Shown: positions 27,616 to 38,382 of the stretch, piece after piece | Position numbering within the stretch: the stretch's first letter is position 1 | How the letters are laid out: every line of letters begins with the position of its first letter | NCBI GenBank assembly: GCA_964538605.1 | Contig: CAZIHC010000001.1 | Coordinates: 1-40,831, forward strand | Direction: 5' to 3' | Source of the DNA: an uncultured Herbinix sp. | GTDB lineage: Bacteria; Bacillota; Clostridia; Lachnospirales; Lachnospiraceae | DNA: 40,831 bases | Notes under the pieces: generated by a model | The model's input: only the letters and a program-made list of their open reading frames with translations | Told to the model about the DNA's origin: nothing | Database searches by the model: none | Position numbers and translations under genes: made by a program

Positions 27616-29634
27616 CTACTCTTCGGGACCGGCTTTGCGTTCATATGTCTTAAATGTCCTGCTCATTCCCGGCCCATGTATCCGGTCCATAAAATTATGC
27701 CATATATAAAGCGGATAGGATGAACCTTTTAAATCAGGAACCGTCTTTGGCATATCATATCCTACCCATACGGCGGTAGTGTAATACGGGGTATATCCCA
27801 CAAACCAGCCGTCCTTTTTTTCATCTGTCGTCCCTGTTTTTCCGGCGCTGACAGTGTTTTTTAACCCATACCCTTTTGCGGTACCGTTTTTAAGCACACC
27901 TGTCAATGCTTCCGTTGTCATTCTTGCGGCATTTTCATCATAGATTCTAATACTTTCTGTTTCATCCTTTACCAGTTCGTTTCCTTGTGCATCGGTTATT
28001 TTAACTATACAAGTAGGCTTCCTGTAATAACCGTCATTTGCTAGTGCAGCATAGCCCGCAGCCATCTCAAGTGGGCTTACCCCAACAGTAAACCCGCCCA
28101 AAGCCGCCGCCATATAGTAATCGTTATCTTCAATTCTTGAAAAATTCATTTTAAGCAAATATGAAATTCCTACTTTTGGAGTCAATTCCTCATAAAGTTT
28201 CCAAGCGACCGTATTTTTTGACACCTCAATGGCCCTCTGAAGCTTCATTTCCCCCGCATAATAGCCGTCTGAGTTTTTCGGTCCGTCCTCAATCGGTCCG
28301 TCAACAACTATACTGTCCGGTGTATATCCCCTTTCAAATGACGGTGCATATACTATCAGAGGTTTTATGGCACTGCCGGGCTGACGAAAGGCCTGATAGC
28401 CCCGGTTAAAAGTGTAACCGGCATATTCCTGGCTTCGGCCGCCCACAATTGCAACCACTCTTCCCGTATCGTTGTCTATGCATACGGCAGCACCCTGCAT
28501 TTTATAAATGCCTTCCTCATTTTTTTCCTGAAAGTTTTCCAACGCTTCATCAACCGACTGCTGAAGAAGTTCCTGCTTTTTTTGATCAATAGAGGTATAT
28601 ATCCTGTAACCGCCTGTGTACAATTTCTTCTGATAGCGGTAATACATATCCTTATAGGCCTCTTCATATTCCTTACGGTCTTTTTCGTTATCAAAACTGT
28701 TTCTAAATTCAAATCCTTCTTCCTTCATCAATGCCCTGATGGCACAGTAATATGCAAATGTTTCTATATAATTCTTTTTGTCAAACTCCTGTTTTACCAG
28801 TTTTATGGGTTCATTTGTGGCGTTCTCATAATCGGTATAATTAATTATACCGTTTTCGTACATTTGCTTAAGGATTCTGTTTCTTCTTTCAATTGTATTT
28901 TGCTTGTTTTCTACAGGATCATATTTACTGGGATTGTTGGGTATGGCACATAAAAATATCAGCTCTGACAGGCTTAACTGATTAACTCCCTTGCCAAAGT
29001 ACCCGTTGGCCGCAGCCAATATGCCGTAGTATCCGTTTGCAAAATATATGTTGTTGATATAAAACTCAATAATTTTATCCTTGGAATAAACTTTTTCCAG
29101 TTCCTGAGCGATAAATATCTCCCTTAATTTTCGCTCATAGGTGGTTTCATGGGATAAAAATACGTTTCTTGCAAGCTGCTGCGTTATGGTGCTTGCCCCT
29201 TGCGTTATTTCCCCCTTATTCTTAATTAGTGCTATGGCAGCCCTGATATTTGCCAGATAATCTATTCCCTGATGGTCGAAAAATTTCTTGTCTTCGGTTA
29301 CAATAATGGCATTTATTACGGCTGTAGGTATATCTTTATATTCAATATAATAGACATCTTTAACCCCTTTTAAAGCAGATATCAGTTCCCCGTCACTGTA
29401 ATAGACCAGGCTGGTCTGGGAAGAACGAAAAGTGTCCTCGGAGGATGAACGGACTATGCTTTTTGCTTCCTGCTGGTATTTCATAATTATTTTCCCATAG
29501 GTGTTATAAAAATAAAATATCCCTGCTATGACAGCCAATAAAACAAGTAAAACTATCAATTTAAGAAACAGCTTTATTCTCTGTCCTATTTTCTTAATCA
29601 CTCTGTTAATTTCGGTCTTTTTTCTTTTGTTCAT
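27616..29634 (-). CDS. Class A penicillin-binding protein (transglycosylase/transpeptidase)
   Basis: TM anchor; GT51 motifs EDKKFFDH, GASTITQQLARN, RKLREI; TP motifs GSAIKP, SKN, KTGT; start set at ATG 29634 behind GGAGG. Confidence 0.93.
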   Translation of the reverse strand: MNKRKKTEINRVIKKIGQRIKLFLKLIVLLVLLAVIAGIFYFYNTYGKIIMKYQQEAKSIVRSSSEDTFRSSQTSLVYYSDGELISALKGVKDVYYIEYKDIPTAVINAIIVTEDKKFFDHQGIDYLANIRAAIALIKNKGEITQGASTITQQLARNVFLSHETTYERKLREIFIAQELEKVYSKDKIIEFYINNIYFANGYYGILAAANGYFGKGVNQLSLSELIFLCAIPNNPSKYDPVENKQNTIERRNRILKQMYENGIINYTDYENATNEPIKLVKQEFDKKNYIETFAYYCAIRALMKEEGFEFRNSFDNEKDRKEYEEAYKDMYYRYQKKLYTGGYRIYTSIDQKKQELLQQSVDEALENFQEKNEEGIYKMQGAAVCIDNDTGRVVAIVGGRSQEYAGYTFNRGYQAFRQPGSAIKPLIVYAPSFERGYTPDSIVVDGPIEDGPKNSDGYYAGEMKLQRAIEVSKNTVAWKLYEELTPKVGISYLLKMNFSRIEDNDYYMAAALGGFTVGVSPLEMAAGYAALANDGYYRKPTCIVKITDAQGNELVKDETESIRIYDENAARMTTEALTGVLKNGTAKGYGLKNTVSAGKTGTTDEKKDGWFVGYTPYYTTAVWVGYDMPKTVPDLKGSSYPLYIWHNFMDRIHGPGMSRTFKTYERKAGPEE

Positions 29635-29696
29635 AAAAATCCTCCGATTAACCATAGGCAGGAAAATCTAATTTGATATAAATAATATAGCACTAA

Positions 29697-31778
29697 TTAT
29701 AGTTTAATAAAATTATACGGTAGTCCCATCTCCTGAAGAAGGGTCTTTTCTCTCATTTGGCAGCTAAAGATCAGCACCTGGCTGCGGTCTGCTATCTGTT
29801 TTAAGGCGGACCTTAACCTGTTGTCGTCATACAGGGCAAAACTGTCGTCCAAAATAAGAGGCATATTGTCCCCGCCAAGAAGGAGGTCCGCAACCGCAAG
29901 GCGCAGGGCAAAGTAAATCTGGTCTATTGTGCCTGCGCTCAGCCTGTCCAGTTTATATAAATTATCTTTCCAGGAAACTTGTATATTCAATTCCTCATCT
30001 ATTTTAATATCTTTATACTTTCCGTCGGTAACTTCACTTATAATACCGGCTACCGCCCGGTTCAGCTCTTTTCCGAAACTGTCATGAATGGTTTCGGAAA
30101 GTCGGTTTATCGTATCAATGGCCAAATCAATGGCCGAAACTTCCGCTTCAGCTTCCTTTTTCCTTTGCAGCAGTTCTTCATATTGTGCTTTATTTTTTAA
30201 AAGCCGGGTTTCATTATCCTCCATGCCGGACAGTTCCCAGTTTATTTTCTCTATCTTAAGCTTAATGTCGCTTAGCTCAGTGTTAAGGCGGCTGAGATTA
30301 TCTTCTTTTTCCTTCTTTTTTTTGATTATAACATCCTGTAGCCTTTCTATTTCCTGATCCGTAAGTTCATCGGCAGTAATAAAATTTCTCATATAAAGCA
30401 TAATTGTATCATGCAGTTCATCACAATTATCTTCAATGGATTTCATTCTTTCAACCAGATTATCCAGCGACTTTTTATCATGCTCCAAAGAAACGGTAAG
30501 CTCCAGGTAATCTTCATGTTTATTGGCAAGCTCCGATAGAGAAGAAACCCGGTATTTAGCATATATGTGATTAATTTCAGTCTCTGCTTTGGAATAATGT
30601 TCTTTGGCCTCTTTTATCTTCAAATTCCAGGCGGCCTTATTGATATTCTTATTATAAATAATATAAATTACCCCTCCTATGCAGGACAGGGCCGTAAGAA
30701 CCGTAAGTAAAGCTGCATATGATCGGGTAATTACGTAAAATACCAGGCCTAAAGCAAGCGAACAAAATGCATAAGCAAGTATTTTAATCCTGCCGTTTTT
30801 TAATTTATCTTCTTTGATTTTATAAGCATTCTGAATATCTTTACGATACTTGTCCAGTTCATTTTCTAACATCCTGGCTTTGTTAAGATCGTTTTTTAAG
30901 GTTGAGGCTTGCTGTACTTCATATTGTAATGTTTCTGTTTTTGATTTTAACTTTACGATCTGGTTTTTCAGTACACTATATTCTGCCGTACAGGCCTTAT
31001 ACATACGATACTTTTCAATTATGGCCGGAAGCTCCTCCATAAGCTTTTCCTCATTTTGATATTCGTATGAATTTATTATAACCAACCGATTCATTAGCCT
31101 TTCTTTCTCGGCTTCCAAACCTTTTAATTCTTCGGTCAATAAATTTATCTTTTCTTCTGTTTCTTCCCCCTCTTTAATCTTTTCGGCAAGCTCTTTAAGC
31201 TTAGATTCATAGGGGACAGACTCCAGTGCCTTTTTCTTTTGCTTTAAAAGCTCTGTTGCCTTAACTACGTTTACTTCTTTACTTTTTGATACGGATAAAT
31301 TGGTTATATAATTTTTTACCTGGGCAGCAAGCTCGGCATCGGTACGGGCTTTTAACTGTTCTATGCTTATTGTGTTTCTGAAAGCCGCCTCACTTAACCC
31401 CGGTATAAGCTCACCTATATGGCCTTCTTTAAGTTTAATTTCTCTCCCGGTTTCCAAATCCGTAACGGTAAAACAGCGGTCATTGGCATGAAAGCTCCTA
31501 ATCAGGCGGTAATGCTTTTCCCCCACCAAAATGTCCATCTGTCCCCCGTATGCACCGGGATAATCCCAAGGCAGATATCTGGTATATATATCATCTTTTG
31601 AAGCGGCACCTCTTCCCCTTAGCCTTTCTATCCCGAACAACATTCCCTTGATAAATGCATGAATGGTGGACTTACCGGCCTCATTTTCGCCGTATATTAT
31701 ATTTAATCCCGGCTTTAACAGAATTTCCTTTCCGGATAATTTGCCGAAATAATCAAGCTTTAACCTGGTTAATTGCAC
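29697..31778 (-). CDS. YhaN-like SMC/Rad50-type ATPase with central TM segments
   Basis: Walker A GENEAGKS, long coiled coils, signature LSAGT, Walker B LILDD; GTG start at 31778 inferred. Confidence 0.85.
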   Translation of the reverse strand: MQLTRLKLDYFGKLSGKEILLKPGLNIIYGENEAGKSTIHAFIKGMLFGIERLRGRGAASKDDIYTRYLPWDYPGAYGGQMDILVGEKHYRLIRSFHANDRCFTVTDLETGREIKLKEGHIGELIPGLSEAAFRNTISIEQLKARTDAELAAQVKNYITNLSVSKSKEVNVVKATELLKQKKKALESVPYESKLKELAEKIKEGEETEEKINLLTEELKGLEAEKERLMNRLVIINSYEYQNEEKLMEELPAIIEKYRMYKACTAEYSVLKNQIVKLKSKTETLQYEVQQASTLKNDLNKARMLENELDKYRKDIQNAYKIKEDKLKNGRIKILAYAFCSLALGLVFYVITRSYAALLTVLTALSCIGGVIYIIYNKNINKAAWNLKIKEAKEHYSKAETEINHIYAKYRVSSLSELANKHEDYLELTVSLEHDKKSLDNLVERMKSIEDNCDELHDTIMLYMRNFITADELTDQEIERLQDVIIKKKKEKEDNLSRLNTELSDIKLKIEKINWELSGMEDNETRLLKNKAQYEELLQRKKEAEAEVSAIDLAIDTINRLSETIHDSFGKELNRAVAGIISEVTDGKYKDIKIDEELNIQVSWKDNLYKLDRLSAGTIDQIYFALRLAVADLLLGGDNMPLILDDSFALYDDNRLRSALKQIADRSQVLIFSCQMREKTLLQEMGLPYNFIKL

Positions 31779-31847
31779 TGCCTTCCCCCCTTTTTTGTGC
31801 CTTTCAGGGTTTAATTCCAAATCAACATTAAATACAAATCCAAAAAA

Positions 31848-32918
31848 CTAAATACCGTCTTTATCTCTTGCTCCGAGCAGGGCTTCTATTCCGTAATAAA
31901 GAGCCTTTCTTGCTGTTTCTTTCTGATTACTTTCTTTTATTTCTTTAATAAACATACCGATCAGGTTATCGGCATTTTCCAGGTACAGGGCGTCAAAATC
32001 GTAATCCGGAACCGATTCGTCTGTAACTTCAAGAATATTGCCTAAAGAATATATCGCATCCTTGTCAAATTGTATATTTTCATCCCGCAGACCTTCAATA
32101 CGAATTTTATATATATGCTGCTGCCCTTCTTCGGTGATTTTATCTTTTATTAAATCTACTAAAGCCCCGTTTGTTGTTTGTGAAGTCACCGTTAGATCAA
32201 GTTCTTTATATTCCCTCAGGGAGCTTTTTATAAATCTTATTTCGGTTTGCTTCTTATTGCCCTTTTTGATTTCTCCAAGAATATAGCCTCTCGGGCCGGT
32301 TTCATTTTTATCAAGCGGCTCAAGGGAACCGGCATAAGCCATATTACCGCTTATAATTTCCGGTTTATGAATATGTCCCAGGGCAATATAGTCAAAGCCG
32401 GCCTTAAGAAGTTTCTTTCTGTTTATAGGAATATTTTTTTCGTCCCCTCCGTGGGCAAGAAGGATATGTATGGAATCGTCCCGTGCCGGCTGTACCGAAT
32501 CATATAGGGGTTCTGTAATATCCCTTTTTAAATAACTAAAACCGTATACGGCAGTATCAATATCGGGAAAATATACGGCTTCAATCGTATCGTTAAGAAA
32601 CATATATACCTTTTCATCCCATTCAAATCCCGCATAATTAGATCTTGGCCCGATATAGTCATGGTTTCCTGCCATCAGAACAACCCGGGCCGTTTCAAGT
32701 TTTGAAAAACAGTAATTTACTTCCTTAAGTTCTCTAAGTAACGGTTGTCTATGAAACAAATCTCCGGCAATAAGAAGGAGGTCAGCTTTTTCCCTGTTGC
32801 AAACATCTATAATACTTTTAAAACTATCCCATATTTCCCTTTGGCGTACATCAGCCCAGGGCTTGTCCGAATCCGGTGTTGCTCCCAGATGCACATCCGC
32901 AATATGTACAAACTTCAT
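31848..32918 (-). CDS. YhaO-like Mre11/SbcD metallophosphoesterase nuclease
   Basis: HIADVHLG, AGDLF, AGNHD, LAHGG, ALGHIH, YAGS. Confidence 0.9.
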   Translation of the reverse strand: MKFVHIADVHLGATPDSDKPWADVRQREIWDSFKSIIDVCNREKADLLLIAGDLFHRQPLLRELKEVNYCFSKLETARVVLMAGNHDYIGPRSNYAGFEWDEKVYMFLNDTIEAVYFPDIDTAVYGFSYLKRDITEPLYDSVQPARDDSIHILLAHGGDEKNIPINRKKLLKAGFDYIALGHIHKPEIISGNMAYAGSLEPLDKNETGPRGYILGEIKKGNKKQTEIRFIKSSLREYKELDLTVTSQTTNGALVDLIKDKITEEGQQHIYKIRIEGLRDENIQFDKDAIYSLGNILEVTDESVPDYDFDALYLENADNLIGMFIKEIKESNQKETARKALYYGIEALLGARDKDGI

Positions 32919-33190
32919 AAGCTCCCTCCTTTATATGTTTTTGTGCCATTGCTTCTTTTAGGCCTGATTATGTTAAAAAATTCTCCTGATGTGTAATAAG
33001 TATTTAAAAAAATTTTGTTTTAATACTTAATCATATGTTTATAAGTTAAATTATAACACAGTTTAAGAGCAAACATCAATAAACCGCGAACATTTATTCT
33101 GGGCTGTTTCATACCGGTTTTATATACTAATTCTTGACTTATGTGGCATATATCTGTATAATCTTCAAAAATATCCGGAGGGTGATTGCC

Positions 33191-33730
33191 ATGAAAACTA
33201 TTGAAACCGAACGACTTATATTAAGGCCTTTTTCAGAAACGGACCTGGATGATTTATATGAGTATGCCCAAAGCCCAAATGTCGGACCGAATGCGGGATG
33301 GAAGCCCCATGAAAGTCCGGATGAATCGAAAGCCATATTAAAGGATTTTATGGAAAATGACGAAGTATTGGCCATCGTATGGAAAGAAAACAATAAAGTA
33401 ATAGGCTCAATAGGCTTGCATAATGACGTTTTCAGGTCTATCGACAATGTCAAAATGATGGGATATGTACTGTCGGAATACTATTGGGGCAGAGGTATTA
33501 CAACAGAAGCAGCCAAAGCGGTTCTTAAATATGCCTTTACCGATTTAGGCCTATACATGGTTACGATCCGCCATTATCCTTTTAATATCAGATCAAAAAG
33601 GGTCATTGAAAAATGCGGTTTTGCTTATGAAGGGACCTTAAGATATTGTGCCAGGATATATAACGGTAATATTTATGATGTGGTATGCTACTCCATGACT
33701 AAAGAAGAATGGGAAAAATTATATGGCTGA
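33191..33730 (+). CDS. RimJ/RimL-family GNAT acetyltransferase
   Basis: IETERLILRPF, YWGRGITTEA, NIRSKRVIEKCGFAYEG; ATG 33191 behind GGAGG. Confidence 0.9.
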   Translation: MKTIETERLILRPFSETDLDDLYEYAQSPNVGPNAGWKPHESPDESKAILKDFMENDEVLAIVWKENNKVIGSIGLHNDVFRSIDNVKMMGYVLSEYYWGRGITTEAAKAVLKYAFTDLGLYMVTIRHYPFNIRSKRVIEKCGFAYEGTLRYCARIYNGNIYDVVCYSMTKEEWEKLYG

Positions 33731-33773
33731 TATAACACAATACTTATACTTATATAAAAATATTAATATATTA

Positions 33774-33814
33774 AAAAAGGTACTGACAGAATACCGATCT
33801 GGCCGTACCTTTTT
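33774..33814. terminator. Probable bidirectional terminator
   Basis: aaaaaggtac ... gtaccttttt between convergent genes. Confidence 0.55.
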
Positions 33815-33914
33815 CTAAATTTGATTAATCAACATAATACATTTTTTTCGGGTCTCCGTTATTAAATTGTAATATAATTCCGGGCTTTTAGGCCGACTCT
33901 TTTTAAACTAATAA

Positions 33915-34217
33915 TCAATTATTTTTACCTGCCGAAGTATTGGTGTCAGGCATACTTTCCTGTCCGTTATTTGGTATTAAATGCCTTATAAGTTCATGGG
34001 TGCCTGTTGAAGCCAGCCCGCTTGCAAGGCCGCCAAGTAAAATCTCCGGCGTAAACTGCCATCCGTTTATCCACAAGTTCAATATGACTCCCATAATACC
34101 CATTATAAGAGGTATGTATTTATTAGGTATAAAAGGAATACTGTGCTTTATAATATACCCTAAACATAAACAAATACCCAGTACCACCAATACTACATAT
34201 CTTGCCAAAAACTCCAT
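33915..34217 (-). CDS. Phage holin-family membrane protein (orphan)
   Basis: 100 aa, 3 hydrophobic segments, motifs GYIIK..PNKYIPLI and GLASGLASTG typical of A118-like holins. Confidence 0.75.
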   Translation of the reverse strand: MEFLARYVVLVVLGICLCLGYIIKHSIPFIPNKYIPLIMGIMGVILNLWINGWQFTPEILLGGLASGLASTGTHELIRHLIPNNGQESMPDTNTSAGKNN

Positions 34218-34397
34218 TCGGATACCCCCTTAAAATATACACAAATAATAAATCAATCCTACCAGGATTTAACCTTGTCTATTAATAGATATGCTTGTTT
34301 TCTTATGCAAATACCAATATTATCCAATATTTGCTTGACATAGTAAATTGTTGATGGTAACTTACATATATACCTTATTTAAGTAGATGGGGAGAAC

Positions 34398-35060
34398 ATG
34401 ATGAGCTACTTAAAAAGCATACAATATATAGAAAGCAAACATCAGCTAAAAGGGGAATATGAAAAAGCTTTCATGTCTATAGAAAAGTTTTATGTTAATA
34501 GCTATCCAAGACAAAGCATAGATGTTCAAATAGCTCTACACCGAATTCTTGATAATTTTCTTGCTGCACAAAAGGAAGGCAGACCCTTAACAGAAGTGAT
34601 TGGTTCCGATATAAAAAAATATGCCCTTAAAATGATTGACACAGGCAGCAAAGTCAAAAAGTTGGTATCATATATTGCTGCGCTTTTATGGCTTGCTTTA
34701 TTTTTAATATTTATAGATAACATGCCAAATGAAATCCATAAAGGAGCTCCTTTGCCTTTTATCGTAAATCAGTTAATTATTCCTTTATCGGTTTTATTAA
34801 CTGAATTTATACGTGGCTTATGTAAAAGATACTTCTTTTTTCAGCCGGATATATACAGATTTTTAAACTTTTTGCCAACTTTCCTGTTAACTCTCCAGAT
34901 AATTTTTCGTGAACATATACCCTATGGCAACGTAACATTGGTTCAAATTCCTTTTTCAGTGTTTATAACCCTATTCGTTGCTTCAACAATATTTATTATT
35001 GTGGCATTATGTATTTCAAATATAAAGACTAAATTAAAAAAACGTTATCTTTCAGTGTAG
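34398..35060 (+). CDS. DUF1048/DUF1129-like membrane protein
   Basis: Soluble N-domain ILDNFLAAQKEGRPLTEVIGSD followed by about 4 TM helices. Confidence 0.55.
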   Translation: MMSYLKSIQYIESKHQLKGEYEKAFMSIEKFYVNSYPRQSIDVQIALHRILDNFLAAQKEGRPLTEVIGSDIKKYALKMIDTGSKVKKLVSYIAALLWLALFLIFIDNMPNEIHKGAPLPFIVNQLIIPLSVLLTEFIRGLCKRYFFFQPDIYRFLNFLPTFLLTLQIIFREHIPYGNVTLVQIPFSVFITLFVASTIFIIVALCISNIKTKLKKRYLSV

Positions 35061-35216
35061 ATATTTTAAGCGGCAGATAAACCGAAAATTAACACACGAA
35101 AAAACCCCTTTCGGTATGCATACATGAATTTTGTACCATGCTGGGTTTATTTTGACAGTTTGATTAATATGCAATATAATTTATTTATTAATTTAGGCTT
35201 TTGAAAGGAGACTGTT

Positions 35217-35969
35217 ATGAAAAAATTTATTTCATTCATTTTGATTCTCGCCTTGTGTATACCCCTGATAAGTCCTGCGACCGCATCCGCAGCCACAATT
35301 AAGCTGAATAAAACCAAGCTTGAACTGCATGAAGGCGAATCATACACTTTAAAATTAAAAGGTGCATCGGGAACTGTAAAATGGTCAACCAGTAAAAAAT
35401 CTGTTGCCACTGTGTCATCAAGCGGAAAAGTAAAAGCGGTAAAGGAAGGAAAAGCCACCATTACAGCTACATACAAAAATAAGACATATAAATGCGCCGT
35501 AACCGTAATAAGCGGTAAAAAAGCCGATATAATTTTAACCGCAATTCTTATAGATAACATGTCCCTAGAGGACTACGCAGCAAATTTCTATGGTAGCAAC
35601 CTGAAGATTTTAGATATAAAAAAATATGATGACGAACATATCGCGGTAACCATATACGAAACCGACAGGCTTCAAATGGTTAAGGAATTTAAAGATAATT
35701 ATAAAGATTTTGCTTTATCCCTCATATCCGATGACAATCTGAAAGATGTCTTTAACGATGTAAAAACCGATAAACTGTTTAAAAATATTAAACTATATAC
35801 TGACAAAGAAGTTTTTGAAAATACTCCTTTTGCATCAGTATATGCGATGATTTATTTCGGATTTGCAAGCGACATCATACAGGCCATTAACCTGATAGAT
35901 CCGGAAGACAGGAAATGCAATCTTACTATTATTGACAATACTACCGGTGAAATTTTGCTTGAATTTTAA
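35217..35969 (+). CDS. Secreted protein with bacterial Ig-like (Big_2) domain
   Basis: Signal peptide ending ASA; IKLNKT..KWSTSKKSVATVSSSGKVKAVKEGKATITA. Confidence 0.85.
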   Translation: MKKFISFILILALCIPLISPATASAATIKLNKTKLELHEGESYTLKLKGASGTVKWSTSKKSVATVSSSGKVKAVKEGKATITATYKNKTYKCAVTVISGKKADIILTAILIDNMSLEDYAANFYGSNLKILDIKKYDDEHIAVTIYETDRLQMVKEFKDNYKDFALSLISDDNLKDVFNDVKTDKLFKNIKLYTDKEVFENTPFASVYAMIYFGFASDIIQAINLIDPEDRKCNLTIIDNTTGEILLEF

Positions 35970-36086
35970 TAAAACGCATTTTCCGAAAAATTCAAGGCCT
36001 TTTGTTAAGCGTGAAATAAGCCTTAGAATATCATTTCATCTGAATGGATGACAATTAATTATAAGTTAGAGTTAATTTGAATACTT

Positions 36087-36123
36087 ATGGCGGGTTAGGT
36101 TTTAACCGAATACCCGCCATTTT
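36087..36123 (+). terminator. Probable intrinsic terminator
   Basis: atggcgggt ... acccgccat followed by ttt. Confidence 0.55.
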
Positions 36124-36325
36124 ACATTTATTATAGCCGCCATCACTGATTTTTTACCGTATATTTTACATGTTATTGGTTGTCCGTAATTATTAAAATA
36201 TATATATAACCTTCTAATAAAATTCTATTAGTACGTTTTTAATATATAATTATTTACATAATCAATGACAAGATTCCTAAAATTATGCCTTTACAAAATA
36301 CTTTTTTAAATTTATTATACTATTT

Positions 36326-36362
36326 GTCAGTTCGAGACCTTCCTGACGTAAAACAAAACTAA
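36326..36362 (+). ncRNA. PreQ1 class I riboswitch
   Basis: GUCAG-UUCGAGACCUUC-CUGAC stem-loop plus A-rich tail GUAAAACAAAACUAA abutting the AGGAG RBS of queT. Confidence 0.85.
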
Positions 36363-36374
36363 AGGAGAATTACT

Positions 36375-36857
36375 ATGAACAAGAAAACTTTGTACTTAAC
36401 ACAGGCGGCCGTCATTGCCGCAATCTACACAGTATTGGTCTTTGTATTTCAATATTCCAGTTTCGGACCGATACAATTTCGTATTGCGGAAGCACTTACG
36501 GTTCTTCCCTACTTTACACCTGCTGCCATACCGGGCGTTACCATTGGGTGTTTATTAAGCAATATCCTTTTTAGAGCGGATATTCTGGATATTATATTCG
36601 GAACCCTGGCAACCCTTATAGCAGCCATACTTTCTTATATATTAAGGTTCAATAAATATCTTGTTCCTATTCCCCCAATAGTGGTAAATGCCATTGTTGT
36701 TCCCTGGGTATTAAAATATGCATATTTCGAGGCGGATCCTATTCCCCTTATGATGTGCACCGTGGGATTAGGCCAGCTGGTTTCCGCGGGGATAATAGGA
36801 ATGATTTTATTGTTTGCCCTGGAAAAAGTAAGATATGTAGTCTTTAAAAACAATTAA
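36375..36857 (+). CDS. queT: QueT queuosine-precursor transporter (ECF S-component)
   Basis: AAVIAAIY, FGPIQFRIAEAL, DIIFGTLAT; preQ1 riboswitch upstream. Confidence 0.9.
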   Translation: MNKKTLYLTQAAVIAAIYTVLVFVFQYSSFGPIQFRIAEALTVLPYFTPAAIPGVTIGCLLSNILFRADILDIIFGTLATLIAAILSYILRFNKYLVPIPPIVVNAIVVPWVLKYAYFEADPIPLMMCTVGLGQLVSAGIIGMILLFALEKVRYVVFKNN

Positions 36858-37291
36858 TAAAGGCCTTATACTATATGGCCTTTCTCATATAAGTAAGAAC
36901 AACTATTAACAGATGTTTATATTCTTAAATACTTAATCTATATAAATAATATATATTTCTGCCGTGATTAGACGTTATTGTTTGGCATTAAGTCATACTA
37001 TAACACATATATCACGGCAGTTTTTCTGTCAGTATACTTCCTTTGATACACCCCTGTTGTTTACCGCGGTTTAATCTTCATATCGATTATACCCATATGC
37101 TTTAATATTTTGTTAAAGCCTTATATCATATGTCAAAGCTTTCTCAAAATTCCGGATAATTTGCAGTATATAAGGCTTTATGTTATAATTACCTCAATTT
37201 TTATAAAATTTATTTAATATAATTTGAAAGTTTTCAGTTAATTAACCGACAGATATAACATACCATTAATTAAAGGGGGCGGATAATATTA

Positions 37292-38056
37292 ATGAGCGGA
37301 TATAAAAATATAGAAAAACTTACCTTGCCAAAGATGATTATATTTGACTACGGGCATACCCTGATTTATGAACAGGGTTTTGACGGCATGAAGGGAACTC
37401 AGGCGGTTATGGCCCACGCCATAAAAAATCCCAGAAACCTTTCCGTATCGGAGGTAAACGAGTTTTCCCGCAAGTTGTATAGAGATCTTATAGGTTTTTC
37501 AAAGGAACATGAAATCGAAATCCACAACCTGAAATATCAAAATTTAGTTTACGAATATCTCGAAATCGAGCTGGCCTTAACACCGAAAGAAACGGAAAAG
37601 ATTTATTGGGATAATGCAGCCCCTGGCATTATAATGCCTTATATAGACGAGGTTATAACTTATATAAATGAAAGAGGTATCAGAAGCGGTGTTATCAGCA
37701 ATATCTCATTTTCAGGAGATACTCTTGCTGAAAGAATTAACCGCCTGATTCCCCATAATAAATTTGAATTTATAATAGCTTCCAGTGAATACGTTTACCG
37801 AAAGCCCAACAGGTTGCTTTTTGAACTTGCTTTAATAAAAGCAGGTTTAAAGCCACAGGAAGTCTGGTTTTGCGGCGACAATATAAAGGCCGATATTATA
37901 GGAGCCTCAAAAGTCGGTATATTTCCTGTATGGTATGAAAGCAGTCTGGAATGTTTTTATCTGAGCAAAGCCGACAATACTGCCCCCGATTGTGACCACC
38001 TGCATATAACCGACTGGAGAGAACTTATACAGATGCTTAAACAGCTGGAAGCCTAA
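37292..38056 (+). CDS. HAD-superfamily hydrolase
   Basis: IIFDYGHTL, VISN, RKP, FCGDNIKADIIGA. Confidence 0.88.
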   Translation: MSGYKNIEKLTLPKMIIFDYGHTLIYEQGFDGMKGTQAVMAHAIKNPRNLSVSEVNEFSRKLYRDLIGFSKEHEIEIHNLKYQNLVYEYLEIELALTPKETEKIYWDNAAPGIIMPYIDEVITYINERGIRSGVISNISFSGDTLAERINRLIPHNKFEFIIASSEYVYRKPNRLLFELALIKAGLKPQEVWFCGDNIKADIIGASKVGIFPVWYESSLECFYLSKADNTAPDCDHLHITDWRELIQMLKQLEA

Positions 38057-38183
38057 TATTATCATGCATTTAAAGGTATTTAATTAATGTGAAAATATAA
38101 ACTTCAGTTTTTAGATTACATTTGAACCAATTGGACAGAAGTAATTTTGTCCTGACATATATTGTCCATATTATCAGTAAAAT

Positions 38184-38220
38184 AAAAGGGAAGGTTCCAC
38201 AGGAGATACCTTCCCTTTTT
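38184..38220. terminator. Bidirectional terminator between the HAD gene and asnS
   Basis: aaaagggaaggt ... accttccctttt. Confidence 0.7.
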
Positions 38221-38382
38221 AATAAATATTAATTTTGATTAAACATGCAATATAAAACTTAATATTTATTTTAATCGTCGTAACATAATAATTATTTAAT
38301 TGTATTAAACCTCATAGTTCTTAGCAAAAAAACAAACTAACTTTCACATCAAGCAAAACTTTAAACCGTATAAAAACGGCAA

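Noticed and set aside
29697-32918. Nuclease plus SMC-like ATPase pair as a novel defence system
   Set aside because: It matches the widespread YhaO/YhaN-like pair in a housekeeping context, and nothing here points to a defence role
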